A stretch of DNA of 64,000 nucleotides from Babesia bigemina (Eukaryota), in the NCBI RefSeq assembly GCF_000981445.1, contig NC_027219.1:248001-312000 (forward strand), given 5' to 3'. Position 1 is the stretch's first letter. Every line of letters begins with the position of its first letter. Shown one piece after another: positions 24,451-36,668 of this stretch. The translations under genes were made by a program, and so were the position numbers. The notes under the pieces were generated by a model. It was given only the letters and a program-made list of their open reading frames with translations. It had not been told where the DNA came from and made no database searches.

Positions 24451-26903
24451 TCAATAGAATTCCTTCTTTTGAAAGACCACGAAGGTGATGTATCCGTCAC
24501 TGGAAGCCGTCGCGCACACCAGCCCATCCGGCGACCATGCGATATCTGTAATGGTGCAGTAGTGCAGATTCTTAAGCACTGCTATCGGCCCCTTCTTCTC
24601 CATGGTGTCGTAGAAGCAGAGGGAGCCGTCGAGCGTCCCGGCGGCAAACATGAGCCGCGGCACTACCACGTCATCCTCGACGTCAGTGTCGTATTCCTTT
24701 TCCTCCTCCTTCTTGGCAACCTTGGGTTTGGGCGCCCTCGGTAGCTCCTGCGGCGCGCCGATGGTATCCGCGTAGAACTGCGGCTTCTTGATTTCCCGTT
24801 TGCTGGATCTGAGGCCGCCGCTGGACGCAACGTCGTTGTCTAGAATCTCGTCTTGCGTGTCTACCGCGGGTTCGCACTCTATGGCCACAGAAGTCATTGA
24901 TTGCGTCAGGTCGATCTCGTTTACGTCAATGGGCTCGCTTTTCATGGCGACGTACGTCTCGCTGTCTTCCGGGTCCGCCTCTAACTTTGTGAGAATGCTG
25001 TTTTCTGCCTCTTGCAGCTTCGCAGCCATATCAGTTAATTGCGAGGACATGAACGTCACCTGAGAGTCTGACACTGATTCCTCTTTCACGCTGCCTGCAT
25101 CGGTTTCGATGCCGGCCACAACTAACGACGGTGGGGTGCAGGTTACGTCACCCGTCGGTTCATCCTCCCCGTTGGCATCTTCCACCTCTCCATCTAGTTC
25201 ATCAGCGAGGTTTTGCGACTGGCTTTCCGCTGTTCGGGTCACTCCGTCGGTGTAAGGCGCGTCGTCACTGCCGGCATTGGCGGTGCTGGGCAGATCTGTA
25301 AAGGAATCCAACTTCATGTAAGCATCTGATGCATCTTTTAGCGCTTCTTTGTCTTTGACTGCTTTCTTCGATTTTATTCTCTTTTGCTTGGCGTTTTTCG
25401 ACCCAGTCTTGAATATTTTGTTGAAGAAGTTTACCTTTTCCTTCTCGATTTTCGCGATGTCGAGCGGACAGAACTTTACCACCACAAAAGGTCCGGTGGG
25501 CGACTGATGTGTCACCATTGGTATCCCCAGGTTTATCAGTTTGCGGTGGAATATGTACAGAGTGTAGACGGAATCATTTTTGGACTCCGCCTCGTCCTCC
25601 TTTTTGAAAAGCGCATTGTGCCGGATGCCCGCCGGCGTCACCAGGAAGCGGCCGTCCGGCGACCAGTCGAGCCGCCTGAAGAAAGTAGACAGTTCTTCGT
25701 TCATGAAAACGGAACGGCTGTACCTCACATCGTCGCTTTCCATCCCTATGGATTCCTTGAACTCCGACCGGTCCTTCGCAGACTTGAGGACGAGGATGTT
25801 CTTCCACTGCTTTTCGTTACGCCTTTTCCATATCCTCAGTGTTTGGTCCTGCCCCATGGAAGCGACCATGATGTTTTGCGGGCACATGGCGACACCCTGA
25901 GCGAAACTCGTGTGGCCCTCAAAGTGGCGTATCTTCCCGTTCCCCTCCACGTAGGTGTCGATGAGCGACACGTGCCCGTCTTCCGTTGCAACTGCGATCA
26001 ACCTGCCATCAGGGCACCAGCTGATGCTGTTGACCACATGCGATAATCTGAGGCAAGATGAGAAATGCGTTACGCCATCTAGATGCCATGCAATGATTGC
26101 ACTGTTGTACACAGGGCCCAGAAGGCAAATTAAGTTTCACTACGGCAGCCAGCACAGCCAACTACCACTACTCGGTGAATGCGAATTGACGCGACCCACA
26201 ACCGCACAATTCCAGATGAGCGACCAGATGGTGCATCACGTACCTATAATACTGGAAGCGCGCGTAGTGCTCCTCGTAGTCCTGGCTGGAAGCGTCTAGT
26301 ACGTTGGGTTTGGCAGCTTTCGCCCACAGGAATATACACCGATCTGCAGAAACGTTAGAGATGCGATGTATTCACGGCGTGCTTATGCATGGTGATTGAG
26401 CCTCAACAATAAAATGTATCTTTGAAAAAAAATAATAGCCGCATTTAGTAGGTATAGCGTCAGGCACACCCATGCAAAGTATACGCCGCCTTAAAACCGT
26501 TAAACTAACCCTCGCCTCCCGACGCCAACACCACGCCGTTCGGATTCCACCTGACGGCGTTGACTTCCCCGATGTGGCCAACCAGCCGCGCCAGGATCTT
26601 GACAGTGAGCGGTTGCACATCATTGTCGACACCTGGCGTGCCCGTTGCGCTGTTTGCTTTCAGATTTTCCGGCGCAAGGATGCTTTTGTTGCAGTCAGTG
26701 GCGTACTGCGGCGCGTTGTCATTTATGTCGACCTGCCAGATGTGCACGAATTCATCAGCGCCACCCGTGGCGAGGTTGAAAGAGCGCGACGCTCCATCCT
26801 GCGGTCGCCCGGGCCGTGGCTGGAAGTCCAGGGAATACACACGATCACACCTTTTGTCGTCCTTACTGTGCCACAGTATTTGCGGAAGAAAAACCAGCGG
26901 CAT
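24451..26903 (-). CDS. CHAF1B: Chromatin assembly factor 1 subunit B (p60/CAC2), WD40, multi-exon
   Basis: PQILWH...VYSLDF...LATGGAD, H.GEVNAVRW.PNG, FFRRLDWSPDG.FLVTPAG, NLHYCTITDIAWS.DG. Confidence 0.88.
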
Positions 26904-27107
26904 TTTACGCTCTATACTGCTGAGCTACAGTTTGCGATAGAGGTCGTTTTGGCCCTCTTAGCACTCCCGCGGGGAAGAGTTAACGGGGCTGGGGTCGCCG
27001 ATGTGTCTTCTTCGCCGTTTAGCCCTTCGTGACGGCTATAAACACCGCCTCAAGTACATTTCTGATATAGCGCTACTGAGGTGTGGTATTATTAGTCTAT
27101 TACAGGC

Positions 27108-28473
27108 ATGTGGCGGCGCAGCCTCGCGCCCATCGGCGACGCCGTCGCTCGGATGTCGGCGTCGTCATCCCGCCGCTTTGCCCAGCCGCGGCTATTTTCC
27201 AGCCATGCTGAGTCAGTTGGAGGTTCAGGTAGTTCGTATAAAGCCCTTGGCGTTACCGCTGCTGCCATTCTGGGTTCGGGGATCTACTATGGCTATCGCA
27301 AGGGAGTGCTCCCCGGCTTCTCAATTCCGCTGCAACTCGTAAGTCCGCTCCATTAACAGATGAGTGTCTATGATCGTGTAAGACAGTGTGTTTCAAATGT
27401 TCCATTGCCCTTTTGGGATTGTCTTTTGCCGCTCTGTATGTCTACATTTGTGCATGTTTGACTGCTGGGCCCTCATTGCGGTACAGATCGACGAGGAAGG
27501 TTTTGACAGCTCTGACAACCTTGTTGTTGTTTTATTGGCATCCAAAAGGATGCAGGATTACCCCAAATCTCAGATTGAGAAGTTGAAGTCGATTGTGCCC
27601 GATGGTGTGAAAATTTGCTATACAGTGAAGGGTGGTAGCGACAGTAGCAAGCCGCCGGTCATGTTATACAAGGGCACGCGCAAGAAGTTTTACGCGGAAA
27701 TCGACTTGCTCGAAAAATCGCAGTTTGAGGACATGGCATCCGAAGTGTCGGCCTTTTTCGAAGCCGTATCGCAAGACTTTGGCGCCTTGCGCCAGGACCC
27801 CAACATCCCGGAGTACGTTACTCATGACACCTTTAGAGAGAAGGTTATCAAGGAGGCGACGGCGAAGTCGCCTATCGTGTTACAGTTATACGAGGACAGT
27901 TGTTTCCTCTGTTTTTTGATGAGGCCGTTCATCAATAGCATCAATCGCCACCTCCGGGAGATCAAAAGCAATGTGCGCATCAAGCGGCTCAACATAGAGC
28001 GCAACGACTTCCCTGAGGGCTGCCCAGTGACTCGTGCGACCCCTACATTTATCGTGTACGACGGGCAGCCGCAAGGCAACAAGTGGTCTGAGTTCAGGCC
28101 CAAGGATTTCGTGGCGAAGCTGGTGGAGCTGGCAAAGCTGGACGAAAAGAGCCAAGCGTACCTCAACCAGCTCACAGAGGATATTTCGCAGCGATTCATG
28201 TTGTTCGGAAGATGGGCGCGATGGGTCGGTGAGGCCCAAATAATTCAGGAGAGTGTGCTGACCGAGGCCCCCGTGGACGAGGAAGAGGTTAACACGCGTG
28301 CGCTGCGGTTACTCATGGATATGGACATGGATAGAACCGATGACCTGGAAACAAATCTCGAGGCATTGCGAAAAGAGATCATTTCTGCCGAGGAAGATTG
28401 TGTCGCGGTGTCGGAGGTAATGATCAACGAAATCATAAAGCACGAACAAAAATACCGCTCCGATGCCAACTGA
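27108..28473 (+). CDS. Thioredoxin-fold protein with mitochondrial-like presequence and TM anchor, 2 exons
   Basis: Exon 1 27108-27338, phase-0 intron 27339-27486; VLQLYEDSCFLCFLMRPF (CxxC) and TRATPTFIVY cis-Pro-like motif. Confidence 0.7.
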
Positions 28474-28609
28474 GGAGCCTAAAACCCGCTAATCAGTCTG
28501 TTACAACGCATATTTACACGACAATCGCATCATAAATGATTCACTAACGAATCGCACGTTCGAAATAGCGGGCGACAAAAACACACCAACAATTTAACAG
28601 CAAACGGAG

Positions 28610-30410
28610 TTACGACAACGTCCTCCTCAATGCTCCTACAGCCCTTGATCTGGGGGAGGCCAAGGCCATTACTATTTCCCTGATCATCGATGCGTGAATA
28701 CGTTGCGTTTCCGCCTCCGTCTCCAGCGGTGGTTTGTCGGACTTTATGCAAATCTGCGCGATGGGCCGTTGATCCCTGATGCACTCATCTACTCTCCTGA
28801 ATTCCCCGTATATACTTTGCCACATGCGAATCGTGAACGGGTTCACGTTTTTACCCGTTATCGGGCATTTCATGACCAACACTCCGAGGTTGTTCTCAGT
28901 CACTTCGTTGGTGTAGAGGTCGACGGTGGCCCCGACTCTCCCGCCCTGGAATCGCTTATCGCTGTAGAACTTGAAGAAATCAAAGATTAGCTGCGTTATC
29001 GATTCCGTATTTTGCTGCAGGTACTCGCATTTCGCCAAAATATCGCTGGTGTTGGTCATGAATCTGCCATTTCGCTCCTGATCGTCTCCCACGATTTCTA
29101 TGTCCTTATACAGCGGTAAAATCGGCGGCGATCTGTTCTGCAGGAAAAAGAACAGCTGCAGGATGAGGGTGTAGGAACTGAGCGTGCCTTGCGCCCTGTT
29201 GTTAATGCACCTGCACGTCGCCCAGTACTTGATGAATCTCGCCAATTTAACCACTCGGAAGTCTATCCTCGTCATCGCCTTGACGAATTGCGTGTTATCT
29301 AGCGCAACTGTGTTGTTGATAGATATATCGCAAAAGTTGTGGTTCTGTCGGTTGTACAGCTGCACAATATGTCGCTCAGCCGCCTTTATTTACCTTGGCA
29401 ATGGGTACCTTGGCCGATATGATGCTTATGTGAGATATGATGTCGGTGTCAGACAGAGTGGACCTTATCTGGTAAATTTCATGGAATGCGTTTTTCTCGA
29501 TGCACATACCAGGTTGAGTTTGGATAGCCACTGCCGCTTGTGGCCGCAGTTTGGAATTTCAAGACACATGTCGACGTCGCTACCACGTACCCTGCGCGTA
29601 AGTCATCATTTACCACCATATGAACCCACCACAGTCCGTTTTCACACGACCCGAAGGTATGAAGCGTGCCGTTGGCTGCTTGCTCCAGCGTCTTTTTGAG
29701 TCTGGCGTATTTAGTAAGTTCTGGTCATTTCACTTACGCCTTGATTAAATCCTGTTTCTTGCGATACTGCTCCAGAGTGGGACTAAGAGTGTGGTTGTGT
29801 AGCACGGTCAGGTCCCAGAGGAATTGCGATTCGTATTTTGCGAAGTGGTTCCTTTCAGACTCCCCTGGGCTTGGCAACAACACGTTGTCGCTGATTTCTT
29901 TGCATATTTTGTGGTACAGCGAAATCTCGCTTTGTTTCAGCTTTCCTGTGGGTTTTGGGGCTTCGACGATGAACACTCACCGATGTTCTTCCACAGCTCC
30001 AGCATCAGGATGTCTATTTCCCTGTGCCGCCACAACTTGTTCTTATGGCATATTTCGAGCAGTTCCAATCTTTCTCCAGTACTGAATTCCGATGGAAAGG
30101 CCGAGTGGGTCTCCAGTAGCATTTCAGATTGTTCCACGTTGCTTGACGCCTCGCTGGTCGCATTGGCGACATCAGAGAAGTAGCGTCTGCTGTAACATCC
30201 CTTGAACTGAACATGGGCGAATGGGCGGTGACGATCACACCTTAATGTGCGATGCTGCATCTGAATTGCTTCTTTGGTACTCTCTGCTCCAGCTTCGAGC
30301 AAATAAGCCGGGGCGACATGGTGACAACGTTGGTTGCACGATGCGTGTGCTCTTCTTGACGATATAAAATGTTCGAGAGCCGACAACCCTCGCTGTAATA
30401 TTCTTTGCAT
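28610..30410 (-). CDS. Cid1/GLD-2-family non-canonical poly(A)/poly(U) polymerase, multi-exon
   Basis: Spliced catalytic motif TFGSCENGLW|VRGSDVDMCL; CDISINN.VAL.NT; IKYWA..R.IN....GTLSSY; PAP-associated FDFFKFY. Confidence 0.85.
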
Positions 30411-31147
30411 CGTGACTGGTTACTTGCGAAACGGGTCAGTAACGATGGCCGCTCCGCAGCTCTGCACGTGCTTGCTGCAAAACAGCGGCTGCAACGGCTC
30501 AGGCGCCCTATTTAATTATCCACGAGAATACATCAATTGTAGCATTATAATGTGTATCCATCTCGCATTTTGTGTGCGTTGATGGCATATACGCGTCCGC
30601 CTCTCTCCTCCCTACTATGCTGAGTAATCCTGAGAAACCAAGCGAAAATTACGACCTTCCATGGCACCATCGCACTTGGATATAAACGTTCTTGATTTAT
30701 ACATAGAGGAAGGCTGTTTCCAAGGGGATGCGATTAGTGTGTGACATGACGTTCTCCGCCACGGAGTCATGCGACGCGTTAGCTGTGATAAGCCCAGGTT
30801 GAACGGGATTCTTCAGGTGGTATAAGATTAGTGTGATTTATGTATTCGTCACATGTGTGGAATCTTCCCCAATTCGAGGGAAATTATGAAGGAATCATTA
30901 GCGGAGTAGACACACAGTAGCAGAAGGCGGTTATAAACAACCACAGCAGCAGTCTACGTGATAGAACTGTATTAATACATATAAAAATTTGTGTTATGTG
31001 TATATATACCGGCTGCCTGTGGAGAGTGGAGTGAAGCAATCGGCATGGGGTGTTGCACATACGTTCATGACAAAATAGTTCGGTTGCAGCCTGAGTATAC
31101 GGCACATACTGAGCTTGTGCGTTTTCGAATTGCTCGACTCGAAAAAC

Positions 31148-33106
31148 ATGGCGCTTGTGCGTTTGGCGTCGGCGTTATTCGTCTGCGTCTTCGCGGCGGT
31201 TCGCTGTCTGGCTCTGGGTCGCCAGCGCGGTCAACTATCGGTTGGCTACACGATCCGCGAACTAAGCTACTCCAATGTACCCTGTGCAACTGCATCTAGA
31301 ACAACGTCCGCTTTCATCGGAAGCCACAGCGGGCGGTTCGGTGCTCACTCTGCCCAGCACGCTCGCAATTCCTCTGCCGCCCTTGCGGCGAAGCCGAAGG
31401 AGATCATATTGGCGGATGACTGCCGCAATAACCTGCTCGCCGGCGTCAGCACCGTCGCTGACACCGTGCGGGTGACCCTGGGTCCACGTGGTCGCAACGT
31501 TCTGCTGGAGAAGGAGTACGGCTCTCCCATCATCGTGAACGACGGTGTCACTATAGCGCGGAACATTGAATTGGAAGACCGCAAGATGAACGCTGGTGCC
31601 AAGCTGATCCAAGAAATCGCCACGGCTTCAGACGACCGTGCGGGTGACGGCACTACCTCGACCTCTATTCTGGCAGCGGAGATCGCCAAGAAGGGTGTGG
31701 AGTACGTGAACAAGGGACACAACCCGATTCCCATCCAGAAGGGTATCCAGAAGACCTCAAAGCTGATCATTGAGGAACTTAAAAGCTTGAGCAAGCCCGT
31801 AGACGGCTACAACGACTTGCTCAACATCGCTACAGTGGCCACCAGCGGAAACACCGTGATGGGCGAGGTTATTGCAAAGGCGTTCGACAAGCTCGGCGCC
31901 AATGCCGCCACGGTGCTTGAGGAGAACCCAGCTCTGGAGGACCAACTGGACTTCACTGAGGGTTACACCTTCGACCGCGGTTTCGCCAACCCCTACTTCC
32001 TCCTGGGCGAGGAGAAGGACTCGATTGAGTGGAGCGCGCCGCAGATCCTCATCTCCGACGGCAAGATCGAGACCGCGCAGTCGGTGCTACCTATTCTCGA
32101 GCACGCCGCGAAGTCCAAGACCCCGTTGGTCATCATCGCAGAGGACTTCGGCCCCGACGCCATGCAGACGTTCATCATTAACAAGATGCGTGGTATGCTG
32201 AAGGTGGTCGCCGTGAAGGCCCCGTCATTCGGCGAGCGCCGCAAGGACTACCTCCAGGACATTGCAACCGCCACGGGATCCACATTTGTCTCCCAGGACG
32301 TGGGCATAAGCTTCAACGACCTCACTGTGGACATGCTTGGTATGGCCAAGAACGTGGTCATCAAGAAGGATCGCACGTCTATCCTCACTCTGCCGCAGTT
32401 CAACGAGGCCATCAAACGCCGCATTCAAGGCTTGATGAACGAGAAGGAAAAATCGACCTCGTCGTTCGACAAGCAGAAACTCGGTGAGCGCATCGCCGCG
32501 CTATCCGGCGGCATTGCGCGCATCCGCATAGGCGCCGCCACCGAGACGGAATTGAAGGAGAAACGGCTGCGTTACGAAGATGCCATCAACGCCGTCCGCG
32601 CCGCTATGGAGACAGGTTTCGTGCCCGGTGGAGGTGTGGCCTACCTGGCCATGCAGTCCCCGGCGTTCACCGCCAAGGCGGAGAAGCATATCGCAGACAC
32701 CGTTAAGACGGAAATGAGGCCAACTGACCCAGAGCTGGAGGGCGAGCGTGATGAGGACGTTGAAAGCGAGATCGAGTTGGAACAGGCGGGTGCCAAGATA
32801 GTTCTTGACGCCATGTCGGTCATAACGCGGCAGATCGCGGACAACGCCGGCGCCAGCGGACCGAAGGTCGTCGACCGCATCAAAAACAGCGGCAAGCCGT
32901 TCGGGTACGGTTGGAACGCGAAGACCAACAGCTACGGCGACATGATAAAGCAGGGTGTCATCGACCCCACGAAGGTGGTGATGAACGCCGTGGAGAACGC
33001 CTGCTCCGTGGCCGGACTTATCTTGACCACTGAGGGCATGATGGTGGAAAAGGAAACGGATAAGAAGAAGTCCGATTCTGGTTCTATAGAGGACGCGTAC
33101 GAATGA
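31148..33106 (+). CDS. CPN60: Chaperonin 60, apicoplast-targeted
   Basis: Signal peptide plus transit-like leader; TLGPRGRNV, NDGVTIAR, AGDGTTS, KAPSFGERRK; no GGM tail. Confidence 0.93.
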   Translation: MALVRLASALFVCVFAAVRCLALGRQRGQLSVGYTIRELSYSNVPCATASRTTSAFIGSHSGRFGAHSAQHARNSSAALAAKPKEIILADDCRNNLLAGVSTVADTVRVTLGPRGRNVLLEKEYGSPIIVNDGVTIARNIELEDRKMNAGAKLIQEIATASDDRAGDGTTSTSILAAEIAKKGVEYVNKGHNPIPIQKGIQKTSKLIIEELKSLSKPVDGYNDLLNIATVATSGNTVMGEVIAKAFDKLGANAATVLEENPALEDQLDFTEGYTFDRGFANPYFLLGEEKDSIEWSAPQILISDGKIETAQSVLPILEHAAKSKTPLVIIAEDFGPDAMQTFIINKMRGMLKVVAVKAPSFGERRKDYLQDIATATGSTFVSQDVGISFNDLTVDMLGMAKNVVIKKDRTSILTLPQFNEAIKRRIQGLMNEKEKSTSSFDKQKLGERIAALSGGIARIRIGAATETELKEKRLRYEDAINAVRAAMETGFVPGGGVAYLAMQSPAFTAKAEKHIADTVKTEMRPTDPELEGERDEDVESEIELEQAGAKIVLDAMSVITRQIADNAGASGPKVVDRIKNSGKPFGYGWNAKTNSYGDMIKQGVIDPTKVVMNAVENACSVAGLILTTEGMMVEKETDKKKSDSGSIEDAYE

Positions 33107-33233
33107 TGTCGCCCTCCGCCTTGTTTGATCGAAGCTCTTTGTGTAAAGTAGCTCGCGTGTATTTCGCATGTCAACGCAGAACATAATGTTGCTCTAATTA
33201 TGTATTGGTTTGTAAGTCGGCCATTGCGCGGAG

Positions 33234-34976
33234 TTACGCGTTGGTGCGGCGAGCACGCTCCCAGGTGAACCGCTCGAGGCCGCTGTTGGTGGCGATCATC
33301 AGGGTCATGTCGTTGGGGATGGTGTCCTCGACCCAGTGCACCGCAGATCCCTGTACGCCGATGTGCTCGCTGCTTTCCAGACTCAAGATGCCGCCGTTTT
33401 TAGCCAGCTGCAAGACCTCGACGTGTTCCTCTGTGTGTGCCGCGAGCAAGAAGCGGATGTCGTCCGAGCAGCAGCATTGGTCGGGCGCAACAAGATGTGG
33501 TTGGCGCACGTAGTCATTCCATAAGAGTCCCCACCTAAGGCATTTCACTACGCAGCCGACGTTAAGCGATGCCATCTCGACGTCGAAATACCTAGCGGCG
33601 TCACCGCAGTTCGTGGGTGCCGAGTGGCCGTCACGGTCGTCTGCGGTAACCTCAGCTTCGTTGCGCTCATCAAGAGATGAACGGCGACCAACGTGGTCGT
33701 TATTAGAGGCGTCTGCGGCTGCATTTGCAGTGTCCTCCGTTGAGCCGGCGTTTGTGGCACTTGCGATGTTCGTTTTACCCGCAGCCGCAGTCACGGCGGC
33801 ACGGGCTCTGTTGTAGATGTGTAAAATTGAGGTGACGTGCACACATCCGTCGTCTGACGCTATTGCGATGAACTCCCCAAGCGCATTCAGGCACTTCTCT
33901 CCGTTGAGAGTGAACATGTGCGCGTTATTCGTACCGAGATACCGACGCATCTGGTTGTACTGCTTGGGGCTGATTTGGATGGCGGTGGGAACACCCTTTA
34001 TGGGCAAACGAATTCGCTTTTCAAACTCCGCAAACTTAAGGTTGGACTCCACCTCTAATGGTGTGTATATATGCATATATACGCCGTTTTCGTGGTGCAT
34101 CACCACACCGAGCGCCTCCTGTACCAGGCAGAAGTTGGTCAGCGTTGGGTACTCCAGTTCCTCTTCGAAGTACCCCGGCTGCGGCCACCTGATCACTGAG
34201 ACAGATGCTACTTCGCCCTCTGTTTCGCCGTTGCCGGACTCGCCATGCGCTTCCGATTTATCGAGCTTTTGTTTTCCGCCTTTCCTGTCAGCCGGGGTCC
34301 TTGGTTGCTGCACGCCCTGACGTGGCTCATCCTTTCCGACGCCACGCGGTGCCTTAACAACACTCGGGAAGTTGAACACACGCGGGTTGCGTTCGACGCG
34401 CACTACCTTCACGTGCCTGCTCGCCCTGCCAATTAGAAGAGAGTGGTACGACGCACGTGCGAGGATCCTCCAGATGCGGTCGACGAATGAAGTTGGGCGC
34501 AGATTCGGTTTGCCGTCCGTTTTATCGCCCTTCACCAACAGCCACTCTAGCTGATCAACTGGATGATTGAAGGTGAACAGACGAAGGGTCTTTTTGATCA
34601 CCAAATTCTCACCCTCAACAAACAGCAGGTGGACCGAACCGTCGTCCAGCCCTACGGCGCTGAGGGAGGGCAGCCTAGGGTGGAACTCAACGCATCTTAC
34701 CCCGCTTCTGAATAGTTTGCTGTAGCGCTCCACGGTGATTTGTTCGGCGGCGTGGTGGCCACGCCTGTATGACGCCGCAGAGGTCATGCCAGGTTGGTCC
34801 TGCTGCGATTCCAGCCCCTCCAACGCCGTGTAGGCAGCGAACCGCCCTACCATAGCCATATCTATGCGATGGTATGACGGCTTGAAGGCGTCCAGGACAT
34901 AGAGGTCACCGTACGTCGTCCCGCAGGTGATCATATTAGGCTGAAGGTGGGAACTTGAAATCACACTGAATTCCAT
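33234..34976 (-). CDS. Hypothetical WD40-like beta-propeller protein
   Basis: 580-aa ORF; VRCVEFHP....SAVGLDDGSVHL and IAIASDDGCVHV resemble WD repeats. Confidence 0.6.
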   Translation of the reverse strand: MEFSVISSSHLQPNMITCGTTYGDLYVLDAFKPSYHRIDMAMVGRFAAYTALEGLESQQDQPGMTSAASYRRGHHAAEQITVERYSKLFRSGVRCVEFHPRLPSLSAVGLDDGSVHLLFVEGENLVIKKTLRLFTFNHPVDQLEWLLVKGDKTDGKPNLRPTSFVDRIWRILARASYHSLLIGRASRHVKVVRVERNPRVFNFPSVVKAPRGVGKDEPRQGVQQPRTPADRKGGKQKLDKSEAHGESGNGETEGEVASVSVIRWPQPGYFEEELEYPTLTNFCLVQEALGVVMHHENGVYMHIYTPLEVESNLKFAEFEKRIRLPIKGVPTAIQISPKQYNQMRRYLGTNNAHMFTLNGEKCLNALGEFIAIASDDGCVHVTSILHIYNRARAAVTAAAGKTNIASATNAGSTEDTANAAADASNNDHVGRRSSLDERNEAEVTADDRDGHSAPTNCGDAARYFDVEMASLNVGCVVKCLRWGLLWNDYVRQPHLVAPDQCCCSDDIRFLLAAHTEEHVEVLQLAKNGGILSLESSEHIGVQGSAVHWVEDTIPNDMTLMIATNSGLERFTWERARRTNA

Positions 34977-35291
34977 CTTCTTCCCAGCAGGTTCGCGTTT
35001 ACCAGCAGGCTGGCACTTAGTTGGACACTCCGATGGTAGATGACGTAACTGCGCTGGCTATCCTACGGGACAGCCTTCCCCGGGACAAAATCGGCCGCAA
35101 TTTCTCGCGCTGTGATCAGCCGGACTGGTGTACACACATCACTCACATAATTACACACATGACTGTATTGTTCAAATACGCAGGAATATAGATTGTATAT
35201 TACGCTAAGGTTTTATATTGCCGTGTCTACAACAACCGCAAGGCCGAGATGGCCCGAGGTGGCGTGAATGACCGCTTATCAGCCGGCAGCG

Positions 35292-36419
35292 TCACGCCAT
35301 GCGTTTGGCACTCATTCTCAACTTCGAGTCAACGTGCTTTATGAACTGAAGCCTCCTGCGCTTATCGTCGATGGTGGAATCACCGCTGGTGGAGGAGGCG
35401 CATGTGCGCGAAAATATACCCGAATCCTTCTTGATTATGCGCTTAAAATGCGCTTTTATTCTGCTCGATTGCGATAGGAACGTTATTTTGCGGGCTTCCT
35501 GCACGTCCTTTTCGTTCTCGTCGACCAGTTTCAGGTTGAAGTTGGCGATGGTTTTCAAACTTTTCTTCTCCTCGCGGAACTTTTTGCGCAACGCGGAATT
35601 GGCGATGAACCAGTCGCCGCTGTTAACCTCGTTTATCCTCAGCAGGTCGTCCAGTTTGCTGTCGATTATCGGCGCCGCAGTTCCGTCCCTGGAGCCTATC
35701 GCCGCATCCCTGGGATTCAGGCGGCCAACACCTGACGCTGGAACCAGTGCCTTGGCGCCTGCGCGTTTGCCGTCATCTCCCATTGGGGTTCTAGCGTGAT
35801 CCGTTTGGGGCGGCACGTGCTCGCCAGCAGCACCCCCCTTGGCGGCAGCCTCCTCCTCCAGAGCCATGCACTCTAGCTTGAACAGCGGGTTGGACATGAG
35901 CTGCTGCTTGGTTGCATCGTCGTGACCAAGCTCCAACGTTTTCGCATCGGCAGTGTCGAACGTTTCAACCTTCTTGCGCACTCCGACCTTGCAGAGGTAG
36001 TCGGTGTTCTGCGGGTCGGTCTGTATGACGATAGGGTTGTTGCAGAACTGGCAGCTCATCAAAAACGAGTAGATCTTAGTGGAGAAGTAGTTGCCGACCG
36101 CCTTCCTCTCAGCGTCGAACCGGACTCCCTTTGCGATGAAGGCTTCGCACCTGAGGCATATCACCTTGAAAGGCATTTCGAAGCGGATGACGGGGCCGCG
36201 CCCGGAGCCGCGACGGAAGGGCTCGAGGGCTTCGTCGTCGGCCCCGACGTGCGTGCTGTCCGCCGCGCCAGCGTCTCCGGCGTAGCTTCTGGTCGAGCCG
36301 ATAAAGTGGTTGCGCGGCCGCTTAGGCGTCTTGCGCATACGCCGACGCTGCTCCTCCCAGCTGGCTCCATCCGGCCGGTAGTAAAAGTTATCGGCCCTTG
36401 CCGCCTTGAGCGTAGACAT
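35292..36419 (-). CDS. CCDC130: CWC16/YJU2-family splicing factor (CCDC130-like)
   Basis: AARADNFYY; IRFEMPF...C..C..FIAKGVRFDAE; C..C...I.IQTDPQNTDY. Confidence 0.88.
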   Translation of the reverse strand: MSTLKAARADNFYYRPDGASWEEQRRRMRKTPKRPRNHFIGSTRSYAGDAGAADSTHVGADDEALEPFRRGSGRGPVIRFEMPFKVICLRCEAFIAKGVRFDAERKAVGNYFSTKIYSFLMSCQFCNNPIVIQTDPQNTDYLCKVGVRKKVETFDTADAKTLELGHDDATKQQLMSNPLFKLECMALEEEAAAKGGAAGEHVPPQTDHARTPMGDDGKRAGAKALVPASGVGRLNPRDAAIGSRDGTAAPIIDSKLDDLLRINEVNSGDWFIANSALRKKFREEKKSLKTIANFNLKLVDENEKDVQEARKITFLSQSSRIKAHFKRIIKKDSGIFSRTCASSTSGDSTIDDKRRRLQFIKHVDSKLRMSAKRMA

Positions 36420-36668
36420 TGTGCTCTGCTTGGCAACTTTTTATCCTTTTCGGACAACTGAAATCGGAACGCAGCTACGCCGCGCCGCTAATGTGCGCGC
36501 CTGTGGCACATTAGACACCTGCGCACATACACATTAAATCATTTTGAAATCGGGTGGGAAAGCTAAGCTACAGTGTCGCGGGGCGGAGCAGCGTGCCGTT
36601 GCTGCTGCGGCACTACCGAGGCGAGGGCACAGGCAACCTTTTTATGGGCCTTCCATACGTTATTCCGG

